Positions 9,901 through 18,420 of a DNA stretch of 64,000 nucleotides are shown piece by piece. Numbering within the stretch: the stretch's first letter is position 1; every line of letters starts with the position of its first letter. The notes beneath the pieces are model-generated. The model made no database searches. It was not told where the DNA came from and worked only from the letters and a program-made list of their open reading frames with translations. Source of the DNA: Folioceros fuciformis (taxonomy: Eukaryota); assembly GCA_049999805.1 (NCBI GenBank), contig JBNGIO010006373.1:217172-281171 (forward strand), written 5' to 3'. The translations under genes were made by a program, and so were the position numbers.

Positions 9901-11141
9901 ACAGCTTGGCCACGAAGAATGTCGTGACATGGAATGCCCTGATTGCTGGGTATGCTCAGCAAGGACTCAGCCTCGAGGCGCTTGTAGTGTATGGAGAAAT
10001 GGAGGAGTCGGGCCTCATTTTGGCTGACGATGTTACTTTTGCTTGCATTCTGAAGGCCTGTGGAAGCAGTGGTGCCTTGCAGAAGGGCAGACAGCTGCAC
10101 TCAGAGATCGTCGAAAGAGGACTGCTGGATAACGTAGTGTTGGGCACCTGCGTGGTGGACATGTATGCAAAATGTGGTGAACTGGAAAAGGCTCGCCAGG
10201 TTTTTGACAGCATGAACACAAAGAATGTGGTGACATGGACCGCCCTGATATCTGGCTATGGTACCTGTGATGAAGGTCGCAAAGCACTAGCTTGTTTTGA
10301 GGAGATGTTAGTAGTCGGTATTCAGCCTCACGAGGCCACTTTTACCTGCCTCTTAGCAGCATGCAGTCACGAGGGCCTGGTCTCCGAAGGTCGCAAGCAC
10401 TTCGATTCCATGGCCGAACAGCATGGTATCAAACCTACTCTTGAGCATCACAATTGCATGATTGATCTTCTTGGTCGTGCAGGCCATTTGGATGAGGCTG
10501 AGAAGATGCTATTGTCGTGTGAGGACCAACGTAATGTGGTGGGCTTGACAACTCTGTTGAATGCCTGCAAAAGTCACGGGGATATAGAGAGGGCCGTGTG
10601 GTGTTTTGAAAGAATTGTTAGGCTGGACCCCCACAGGGCGTCTGCGTATGTGCTCATGGCCAATGCCTACGCAGATGCAGGTCGGTGGAGCGACGTAGAC
10701 AGAATTGAAACACAGAGAATTTTAGCAGGGGCTCACAAGAAGCCTGCAGTTGCGACCATTGAGGTGAACAAGCAGGTAGAGAGGTTTCTGGTGGGAGAAA
10801 GGAGAGAGGATATTGCGTCGAAGGCAGAGAGCACGAACGCGCGTCTGAAGCAGGAAGGAGGCCACGTACCTCACACAAAGCTGGTGTTGAAGCCACTGGG
10901 CGAGAAGGAAAAGGAAGATGCGCTTTGTGGACATGCTGAGAAACTGGCTCTTGCGTATGGCCTCTTGAACACTCCGAGTGGGACACCTCTGGTGGTAACG
11001 AAGAATCTACGAATGTGCAGTGACTGCCACAGCTCCACGGAGATCATGTCAAGGCTTGAGCGGAGAGACATCGTTGTCAGGGATGGGTACCGGGTCCATC
11101 GATTCGCGGCTGGTTGTTGCAGCTGTAAGGGTCGACCGTAA
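6990..11141 (+). CDS. PLS-class PPR protein with E1-E2 and DYW:KP (GRP-ending) deaminase-type domain; candidate U-to-C organellar RNA editing factor; N-terminal OSB-PDF-like module
   Basis: Intronless 1383-aa ORF with repeated P (VVTWNALIAGYAQQG), L (VTFACLLKAC) and S (CLVDMYAKCG) motifs, then P2-L2-S2, E1 and E2. C-terminal domain has KKPAVATIEV, HAEKLA, KNLRMCSDCH and ends CSCKGRP. Confidence 0.95.
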   Translation: MATAWQPDQLWVQETAVCAGILRGAPALLVLGSELLPNRASRFRSVRIPALPPLTKFVGGDGLCTDGGCQEQLWQQPTVWWGSRRDEEGSPGKGSWEVGLWVKPESGDEKVVSLDMHMGRGASPCESFSGGETGSGRGEESEVGDKWSSVRSPVLAVPGKCVGGDGVSDDGRRLKQQEQEQMWEQFFLDPSMWWDRRGGKKSSRSPDFRRKGSGEVLWLNSMFKPAWVDEKLVSLDFRMGGHGVSPSKASSPGDWGGGRRAGSEMGVVTAVNVMAFCQQGRLVEAVGALECLAHTDFSVSQSLFYTVLKLCTAKKDLVMGRRVHDLTVKVGYESDAYLGNHILRMYACGGSLQEAMGVFSRVAKPTAFMWSSIISAYAKHGKPKEAIQLYHEMRRSGVKADAHVFVAALQACAFAFDLESGREVHSDVLHSGIPANLFVANCLVDMYAKCGKLEDARQVFDSMASKDVVTWNALIAGYAQQGLGHETLLVYGQMEQEGPLLANHVTFASLLKACASVGALQKGRELHSQIVERGLLDDVVLGNCLVDMYAKCGELDNARQVFDSMATRDVVTCNALIAGYAQQGLGHEALVVYEQMEQEGLLLADDVTFACLLKACAGTGALQKGRELHSQIVKRGWVDDVVLGNCLVDMYAKCGELGEAHQVFDSLATKDVVTWTALIAGYAQQGLGHEALVLYGQMEQEGLLSANHVTFACLLKACASTGALQKGRQLHSLIARRGLLDNVVVGTCLVDMYAKCGELEDARQVFDSLATKNVVTWNALIAGYAQQGYGQEALVVYAQMEEAGLILADGVTFACLLKACGIAGALQKGRQLHSLIVERGLLDDGMVGTCLVDMYAKCGELEDARQVFDSLGTKNLVTWTSLIAGYVQQGLGLEALVVYGQMQEAGLILADEVTFACLLKACASTRALQEGRQLHLQIVDRGLLDDVVVGTCLVDMYAKCGELEDARQVFDSLATKNVVTWNALIAGYAQQGLSLEALVVYGEMEESGLILADDVTFACILKACGSSGALQKGRQLHSEIVERGLLDNVVLGTCVVDMYAKCGELEKARQVFDSMNTKNVVTWTALISGYGTCDEGRKALACFEEMLVVGIQPHEATFTCLLAACSHEGLVSEGRKHFDSMAEQHGIKPTLEHHNCMIDLLGRAGHLDEAEKMLLSCEDQRNVVGLTTLLNACKSHGDIERAVWCFERIVRLDPHRASAYVLMANAYADAGRWSDVDRIETQRILAGAHKKPAVATIEVNKQVERFLVGERREDIASKAESTNARLKQEGGHVPHTKLVLKPLGEKEKEDALCGHAEKLALAYGLLNTPSGTPLVVTKNLRMCSDCHSSTEIMSRLERRDIVVRDGYRVHRFAAGCCSCKGRP
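8290..10240 (+). repeat. Highly similar 306-bp (102-aa P-L-S triplet) tandem units in PPR gene 1
   Basis: gtggacatgtatgcaaaatgtgg-like motif recurs every 306 bp (about 8318, 8624, 8930 and onward). Confidence 0.9.
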
Positions 11142-11784
11142 TAAGAACAAGCCTATTCTCAAGTCTCTGTACGCCAGAGATTTGCTTCTTCCTTGCAGCC
11201 GAGTTTGCTTGCCTGATTTGCATCCCTGTCCAATTTGATCGCATACTCTGGTGTCTGGACCCTTCCATCCAGTTGCGGGACTTGGTACCAGCATGGAACA
11301 GTTCGGTGATCATGGCCGAAGCTTCTTGCTGAGGGAAAGCACATCCTCAGAAGATCAGGGTCAGGACGTCGAATTTGTTTCGTAAGCGATCACGATCACA
11401 ATAGCTAGCACATGCATCAGACTGGGGGTTAGACACTGCCTTGTCCGTTAACTTTCTGCATTGATATGCCACTACCACAACGTGATGATTTCCTCGCCGT
11501 TGGAGGTCTGATGCTCCTAGGTAGACAAGTAGGAGCCGCAACTCATGAAAAGACTGCATGTTATAGATTTGTAAACTACGTATTCTTTTGAGACGAGAGA
11601 TGGGGTGAGCCCGTGTACCGACATGTCCTTCGCAAGACTGGCTCTAACTCAGCTAAAACAAAACAAAACGAGACTCGTGAAGGACTCCGCCAGATGTTCA
11701 GTCCACAAGAAGCAGTACCAGCTATCTACCAGAGTTCTTAGAACACAATTCCGACCCGTATTTATTCCGGGAACGAGAAGCTTA

Positions 11785-13803
11785 CTACCTTCGTTCTGTC
11801 TTGCCTGTTGACCGCTTGCCAGAAAACAGATGTTTCGGTTTGGGGTTGTACACGACTCTATCACCTTCACCCTTCCTGGCATCCTTGTTTCTCTGCTTGT
11901 GAGCCTTCCTGGCCAGCTTTATGGCCTTGGTCTTCTGAGCAGTGTCCTTGAAGCCCTCTCCAGGCTGGGCCTCAAAAACAGGACGTGAGCGAGATCTGGA
12001 CCTTGTCTTCAGTCTCTTGCTAGGCTGATCGATGTCCATGGCATCCACATCCTCGGTAGCCGTACTCACTGACCTATCTCTCTTCCTTCCTCTCCTGGAG
12101 ACAGACCTACTTCGAGCTCTCTCAATGGCCGCACTTGGATCTAAGCCTAGGGAGCGAAGGTGTCTCCCCATTTTGTCAGTGGACAACAGACCATCTCGAT
12201 CTGCTGTCCTTGGCAGTACAGGCCTGCTGTGACCTACAGTTTTCTTTGATCTATGCTCCAATAGCAACTGCTTCTTCCTCCTCCGAATCGCTGCAAGAGC
12301 CTTCTTCTCCTCTTCGGTGAGTTCTTCTCCATCTTCCATGTCCTCATCTTCACCCTCAGCTGCCTCACGGGCAGCCTCTTCCCGCTCCAACTCATCGAGC
12401 CTCTGCAGGATGTCAGCATCCACAAAGTCTGCAATGTTATGACCATCAACGATCTCAGGCACGATGTCATCCTTCCAGCTGTCATCCAGCAGCAAGTAGT
12501 GCTTGTGGAGATTGGCAGAATACACTCCAGCACCACCATGCTTGTTCTCCAGGTCCCTTTCGAGTACTCTGCCTTGAGATACAGATACACCTTTAGCCTG
12601 TGCGTCCAGCACAGCCTGCGGAATGCAAGGTGGTCGATCCTTCGCATCTCTCGCCTTTGGCATTGCCACATGGATCCTATTCAAACAATCATTCATTTTC
12701 TTCGATTTCATCTTCACCTCCACTCTTTGCTGAAGCAAACGCTCACATGCTGCATTTTTTACTGCTATCACCCCCTCCTCTGTCAGGGTGCTCATGGTCA
12801 TCAAACAACCCTCCTCGTCCAGAGAGCTAGAGTCAGCAAACACCCCTGCCGAACACCTAGCAGCCTCCCTCCTCATGTCACCAAGAAGCTGCCTCTCATC
12901 CTCAGACAGCATCTCCAAGGGCTGCAAGTCGATCTTGTTGCAGGCAACCAACACAGGTTTGTTGGCAAACAAGGGCTTGATGCTGTGGAACAGAGCAGCC
13001 TGCTGTGCTAGAGAATATCCACATGCCCCAGACAGATCACAAACAAAAAGCACAGCCGCACGGAGATGGGCAAGTGCAGTCACACTCAGCATTTCGATGG
13101 TATTACGGTCCTCCAGCGGATGATCCAGAATGCCAGGGGTATCAATCACCTGCCATCTCAGATATTTATAATCCGTGTGACCTACAAACAGGGATTTAGT
13201 GGTAAATGCATACGGCTGCACATCAACATCGGCCCTCGTTATCTTGTTGATGAAGGAACTCTTCCCCACGTTCGGATATCCACATATGAGAATAGTCCTC
13301 GTGTTAGGGTCAATGGAAGGGAGCCGTGACATATGCTGCCTAACCTGCTCCAGGTAGGCCAGACTAGGGCCAATCCTCTTCATCAGCGTGCACATCCTTC
13401 CCAACGCTGCCTTCTTCAGCTGCTTGCACCGGTACAACGAATCTCCATACTTCAGCAGGCGGACATAATCCTTGGCAATCTTCTCCACCAAATTCCGAGC
13501 AGTGTTCACTTGCGCCAGAGCAAGCTTATAGTGATCTTTATCATACAAGACGTTCAACAGATCACCATAGAAAGGATGGATGTCATCAAGGCGGGGGAAG
13601 TCGTCTATGATGGTGCTCAGCTTGTCATGAAAGGTCTGCTGAGTGAACTTCACCTTGCGCATGTAGAATTGACGGATGCGATTGATCGCGTAACCTTTGT
13701 GCACCACCGTTGGTGTCTGCCGCTGGGTCCGGGAGAGCACGATGTCCACAAAATCCTTGCCCGTGGGTACCACCGTGATCTTCTTGAAGTTGTAGAGCAC
13801 CAT
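11785..13803 (-). CDS. NOG1: Nucleolar GTP-binding protein 1 (NOG1/GTPBP4), intronless
   Basis: 672-aa ORF starting MVLYNFKKITVVP; LSRTQRQTPTVVHKGY; G1 GYPNVGKSS, G2 QPYAFTT, G3 DTPG, G4 NKID; C-terminal NOGCT-type end PKHLFSGKRSTGKTERR. Confidence 0.97.
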   Translation of the reverse strand: MVLYNFKKITVVPTGKDFVDIVLSRTQRQTPTVVHKGYAINRIRQFYMRKVKFTQQTFHDKLSTIIDDFPRLDDIHPFYGDLLNVLYDKDHYKLALAQVNTARNLVEKIAKDYVRLLKYGDSLYRCKQLKKAALGRMCTLMKRIGPSLAYLEQVRQHMSRLPSIDPNTRTILICGYPNVGKSSFINKITRADVDVQPYAFTTKSLFVGHTDYKYLRWQVIDTPGILDHPLEDRNTIEMLSVTALAHLRAAVLFVCDLSGACGYSLAQQAALFHSIKPLFANKPVLVACNKIDLQPLEMLSEDERQLLGDMRREAARCSAGVFADSSSLDEEGCLMTMSTLTEEGVIAVKNAACERLLQQRVEVKMKSKKMNDCLNRIHVAMPKARDAKDRPPCIPQAVLDAQAKGVSVSQGRVLERDLENKHGGAGVYSANLHKHYLLLDDSWKDDIVPEIVDGHNIADFVDADILQRLDELEREEAAREAAEGEDEDMEDGEELTEEEKKALAAIRRRKKQLLLEHRSKKTVGHSRPVLPRTADRDGLLSTDKMGRHLRSLGLDPSAAIERARSRSVSRRGRKRDRSVSTATEDVDAMDIDQPSKRLKTRSRSRSRPVFEAQPGEGFKDTAQKTKAIKLARKAHKQRNKDARKGEGDRVVYNPKPKHLFSGKRSTGKTERR

Positions 13804-14337
13804 CGCGCTCCAACTTTTCTCCCCCTAGCCTGCGGGAGTAGTCAATCTCCCAGAGGCGGTAGGCTGCCCCAGCCTACCGTGTTGCTCCGACACATCAATA
13901 TATATAGTCTCCTCTACACAGAACCCTATCATATTTTCAAAATAAAATAAAAATAATTAGCAGTTGCCCCTGAGATAGAATCCAGTACCCCCTTCCTTTT
14001 CGACCCTTTGCAGCAGTGTGGAAATAGCAACGATATCCTTAATGTTCTCAAGGTTGATGAATCCTTGCTGCGTCCGTCTAATCTCGGCCAGGGGCTCGGC
14101 AGCTGGGAAGGGTATGGTGCGGCGGTGTAATTCTCAGGGCTAAGCAACAAGCAGAGGTGACAACGGTGAAGGTCTGAACAGCAGCAGGGTTCTTGTCACT
14201 TGCAAGCTCCACGGAGCGCAATCTCACCCAAGGTGGTGGCGATGTCCGGGTTCCTCAAAGAGAAGTGCGACAGCAGTTTGGAGATGATATTACCCTTGCA
14301 CTGACAATTTGCAGTTGCAGCTCCACGATAGCTTACA

Positions 14338-17300
14338 ATGGAAACTATATGGCAACCGGATCCGTTGTCTATCCAACAAATTCCGTGTACTGGGATGCTA
14401 GGACGAGCTCCCGCTCACCTTGCCGTGTATTGTCAGCCGTTGGGAAGTCACCAAGCGTCCAGGTGCAGCAGTGTAAGGAATGTGGAGCGATTTTCCAGCG
14501 ATTCTGACCCCCAGTCTCAAGCCCTGGAGGAGGAGCTACTGTGGCGACAGTTTTTTCTGGACCCTGCCATGTGGTGGGATAACAGGCGAGGTAAGGATAG
14601 CTCGTCTTCGCCGCACTTCCGGCGGAAGGGGTCCCGCCAGGTCCTCTGGGTAAACAGCATTTTCAAGCCAGCTTGGGTGGAGGAACAGCTCGTTTCTTTG
14701 GATATGCACATGAGTCATACTGCCTCTCTTTCGAAGTCCAGCTCTCCGGACTATGGTAGGCTTGCAGGGTCGTCGGAAGTCGGGGTGGTAACGCCTGTAA
14801 CCGTGAGCAATTTTTGTCAACAGGAGAACCTTGCTGAGGCCGTGGGAGCGCTGGAGTCTCTTGCGCACACCAATTGTCATGTTTCTCAGTCTCTCTTGTA
14901 TACTGTCGTAAGGCTATGTGCGGCGAAGAAGGATCTGGTGGCGGGGCGACGAGTGCATCATCTCGTAGTTAAACTTGGGCGCGAGTCCGATGCGTACTTG
15001 GGGAACAATATCTTGCGCATGTATGCGGGTGGAGGGAGGCTCGATGAGGCGATGGATGTGTTCACCAGAGTGGGGAAGCCGAATGCCTTCATCTGGTGTT
15101 CCATAATCTCCGCCCATGCTAAACATGGGAAACCTAAGGAGGCCATACAACTGTACCATGAGATGCGTCGCTCAGGTGTGAAGGCGGATGCTCACGTGTT
15201 TGTAGCAGCCCTTCAGGCCTGTGCTTTTGCTGCCGACTTGGAATCCGGCAGAAAAGTGCACTATGATGTGGTGCACAACGGCGTCCCTCCTAACTTGTTT
15301 GTTGGCAACTGCCTGGTGGACATGTACGCGAAATGTGGCGAACTGAAAGATGCACGCAGGGTTTTTGACAGCTTGGCCACAAAGGATGTGGTGACATGGA
15401 CGTCCCTGATTGCTGGGTATGCAAATCATGGGNNNNNNNNNNATGTGGTGACATGGACGTCCCTGATTGCTGGGTATGCAAATCATGGGCTTGGCCACGA
15501 GGCGCTTGTCCTGTACGACCAAATGGAACAGGACGGCTTCATTGTGGGTAATCATATCACTTATGCTTGCCTCCTGAAGGCCTGTGCAAGCACTGGTGCG
15601 TTGCAGAAGGGCAGGGAGTTGCACTCACAGGTTGCAGCAAGAGGACTTTTAGATAGCATGCTTGTGGGCAACTGCCTGGTGGACATGTATGCAAAGTGTG
15701 GTGAAGTGGAAGATGCGCGCACGGTTTTTGACAACTTGGCCACGAAGGACGTGGTGACTTGGAATGCCTTGATTGCTGGGTATGCACAACAAGGGCTTGG
15801 CCAAGAGGCGCTTTCTCTGTATGGGCAAATGCAGAAGGAAGGCCTAGTTGTGGAGAGCTGTGTTACTTTTGCTTGCCTTCTGAAGGCTTGTGCAAGTGCT
15901 GGTGCCTTACAAAAGGGGAGACAACTGCATTCTCATATTGTGGAGAGAGGGCAGCTAGACAACATTATCGTGGGCAACTCCCTGGTGGACATGTATGCAA
16001 AATGTGGCGAACTAGAAGCCGCACGCCAGGTTTTTGACAGTTTGACCACAAAGGATGTTGTGACATGGAATACTCTGATTGCAGGGTACGCACAGCTAGG
16101 GCTGGACCAGCAGGCGCTTCTTTTGTATGACCAGATGCAGCAGGAGGGCCTGGTTGCGGGTAACCATGTTACCTTTGCTTGCCTTCTGAAGGCTATTGCA
16201 AGTGCTGGTGCCATACGGAAGGGGAGGCAACTTCATTCTCACATTGTTGAAAGAGGACAGCAGGATAACATACTTGTGGGGAACTGCCTTGTGGATATGT
16301 ATGTAAAATGTGGCCAAATGGAAGATGCACGCCAGGTTTTTGACCACTTGGGGACAAGGGATGTAGTGACATGGACCGCCATGATTGCTGGGTATGCAAG
16401 TCATGGACTTGGCCAAGAGGCGCTTCTCCTTTATGCTCAAATGGAGCAGGAAGGCTTTGTTGTGGGTAACCATGTCACTTTCGCTTGCCTTCTGAAGGCG
16501 TGTGCAAGCGCTGGTGCATTACAGATGGGCAGGCAGCTGCACTTACAGATCGTGGCAAGGGGAGGACAACTAGATGACATTCTCGTAGGCAATTGCCTTG
16601 TGGACATGTATGCAAAGTGTGGTGAAGTTGAAGAGGCACGTCGGGTCTTTGATAGCTTGGCCACAAAGGACGTGGTGACATGGAATTCCATGATTTCTGG
16701 ATATGTACAACAAGGTTTGGGCCAAGAGGCGCTTTTTCTGAGTGAGCAAATGGAGCAGGAGGGCCAGATTGTGGGGAACGACTTTACTTTTGCTTGCCTT
16801 CTGAAGGCCTGTGCAAGCTCAGGTTCCTTACAGATGGGCAAGCAGCTGCACTCAAGGATTGTGGAAAGAGGACAGTTAGATAACGTAATTGTGGGCAACT
16901 GCCTGGTGGACATGTATGCAAAATGTGGCGAACTGGAAGATGCACGCCGGGTTTTTGACAGTTTGACAACAAAGGATGTGGTGACATGGAATGCCCTGAT
17001 CGCCGGGTGTGGTACTTGTGATGAAGGTGATCACGCTTTAGCTTGTTTTGAGGAAATGTTGAACGCAGGTATTCAGCCCAGTGATGCTACTTTTACTTGC
17101 CTCTTGGCAGCATGCAGTCACTCGGGACTGGTGAATGAGGGTCGAAAGCACTTTGATTCTATGGTGGAGCGTGGCATTAGACCTACTATTGAGCATTACA
17201 ATTGTATGATTGATCTTTTTGGGCGTGCAGGCTATTTGGATGAAGCAGAGAACATGTTATTATTATGTGAGAGCCAAGGCAATGTTGTTGGGTTGACGTC

Positions 17301-17889
17301 TTTACTGAATTCCTGCAGAAGGCATGGGGATGTATTGAGGGCGACTCGGTGTTTTGAGAGTCTGATTAGACTGGAGCCTCAGGATGCATCTGCATATGTG
17401 CTGATGGCCCATGCCTATGCAGATGCAGGTAGGTGGACCGATGCAGGGAGGATTGAAAAACAGAGAATGGTAGTAGGGGCCATAAAAAAACCTGCCGTGG
17501 CAGGTATTGAGGTGGAGAAGCAGGTACACACTTTTGTGGTGGGAGAAAACAGAGGTGATATTGCATTCAAGGTAGAGAGCGTGAATGCACGACTGACGCA
17601 GGAAGGGGGTCACGTACCACACACAAAGTTGGTCCTGAAGCCTCTCTCTGAGAAGGAAAAAGAAGATGCACTTTGTGGGCACGCCGAGAAGCTAGCTCTA
17701 GCTTTTGGTCTCTTGAACACTCCGAGTGGTACTCCTCTGGTGGTAACGAAGAATCTACGCATGTGCAGCGACTGCCACAGCTCTACTGCGATATTGTCAA
17801 GGGTTGAACAGAGAGACATTGTTGTAAGAGATGGGTTCCGGGTCCATCGATTTGCAGCTGGATCTTGCAGTTGTAAGGGTCGACCGTGA
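14338..17889 (+). CDS. Second PLS-class PPR DYW:KP (GRP-ending) protein, paralog of 6990-11141; spans a 10-N gap
   Basis: 1183-aa ORF with PLS triplets, P2-L2-S2-E1-E2, KKPAVAGIEV, HAEKLA, CSDCH and ending CSCKGRP. N-terminus has WRQFFLDPAMWWDNRRGKDSSSSPHFRRKGSRQVLWV. Confidence 0.93.
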   Translation: METIWQPDPLSIQQIPCTGMLGRAPAHLAVYCQPLGSHQASRCSSVRNVERFSSDSDPQSQALEEELLWRQFFLDPAMWWDNRRGKDSSSSPHFRRKGSRQVLWVNSIFKPAWVEEQLVSLDMHMSHTASLSKSSSPDYGRLAGSSEVGVVTPVTVSNFCQQENLAEAVGALESLAHTNCHVSQSLLYTVVRLCAAKKDLVAGRRVHHLVVKLGRESDAYLGNNILRMYAGGGRLDEAMDVFTRVGKPNAFIWCSIISAHAKHGKPKEAIQLYHEMRRSGVKADAHVFVAALQACAFAADLESGRKVHYDVVHNGVPPNLFVGNCLVDMYAKCGELKDARRVFDSLATKDVVTWTSLIAGYANHGXXXXVVTWTSLIAGYANHGLGHEALVLYDQMEQDGFIVGNHITYACLLKACASTGALQKGRELHSQVAARGLLDSMLVGNCLVDMYAKCGEVEDARTVFDNLATKDVVTWNALIAGYAQQGLGQEALSLYGQMQKEGLVVESCVTFACLLKACASAGALQKGRQLHSHIVERGQLDNIIVGNSLVDMYAKCGELEAARQVFDSLTTKDVVTWNTLIAGYAQLGLDQQALLLYDQMQQEGLVAGNHVTFACLLKAIASAGAIRKGRQLHSHIVERGQQDNILVGNCLVDMYVKCGQMEDARQVFDHLGTRDVVTWTAMIAGYASHGLGQEALLLYAQMEQEGFVVGNHVTFACLLKACASAGALQMGRQLHLQIVARGGQLDDILVGNCLVDMYAKCGEVEEARRVFDSLATKDVVTWNSMISGYVQQGLGQEALFLSEQMEQEGQIVGNDFTFACLLKACASSGSLQMGKQLHSRIVERGQLDNVIVGNCLVDMYAKCGELEDARRVFDSLTTKDVVTWNALIAGCGTCDEGDHALACFEEMLNAGIQPSDATFTCLLAACSHSGLVNEGRKHFDSMVERGIRPTIEHYNCMIDLFGRAGYLDEAENMLLLCESQGNVVGLTSLLNSCRRHGDVLRATRCFESLIRLEPQDASAYVLMAHAYADAGRWTDAGRIEKQRMVVGAIKKPAVAGIEVEKQVHTFVVGENRGDIAFKVESVNARLTQEGGHVPHTKLVLKPLSEKEKEDALCGHAEKLALAFGLLNTPSGTPLVVTKNLRMCSDCHSSTAILSRVEQRDIVVRDGFRVHRFAAGSCSCKGRP
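15433..15442. other. Assembly gap (10 N) flanked by an identical 47-bp duplication
   Basis: atgtggtgacatggacgtccctgattgctgggtatgcaaatcatggg occurs at 15386-15432 and again at 15443-15489. Confidence 0.95.
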
Positions 17890-18309
17890 GAATGACAACG
17901 AACTGTCAGCCAGTATTCCCTGCATGCAATGTAGTGGACTCTAGAGAAGGCTAGTAGCTTGGTCTCTCCAAGCCCGACAGGCAGATCATGGCCGGAGTTT
18001 GCTGTGGCACGACTCAGATCCTGCCTGCCCTTCCTCCTTCTCCTCCTCCTCCGCCGGGTCTGTAATGGCTTGTGCTACAGTGAGTTAGCCCAAAGGCTTG
18101 GCACTCAGTCGAAGATTCAAGGCACAGGGCTCCTAGCTCTCATGCATAGGGGCTTTATCTCGCCCCTTTTGGATAGATACTAGGTAGATGGGAACTTCTC
18201 TTAAGTAAAGGAGACTCCTAACTTTGTTACTTCATATGCTTTTCCTAATATGTACACAAATAAGAAAGGAAATGAAGAAAAAGGAAAGAGTCAAATTGAT
18301 TATCTTGAG

Positions 18310-18392
18310 CCCTAAACCCTGAACCCGGCCCCTAGAAGTCCGCCAGATCCCTTCACAGGGCTGTGAACCGTGGGTTAGTCTACTCAAGCCCA
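18310..18392 (+). promoter_or_regulatory. Telo-box-like (ccctaaaccctgaaccc) and site II-like (agccca) motifs upstream of MDN1
   Basis: Motifs at 18310-18326 and 18387-18392, 30-110 bp upstream of the MDN1 ATG. Telo-box/site II pairs are typical of plant ribosome-biogenesis gene promoters. Confidence 0.35.
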
Positions 18393-18420
18393 TTGCTGGG
18401 CTGCTGTCCGGGTGGTGGAG

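Noticed and set aside
8175-10290. Many antisense and alternate-frame ORFs over the PPR arrays (e.g. 8216-8998, 9110-9913)
   Set aside because: Shadows of the repetitive sense-strand PPR coding sequence.
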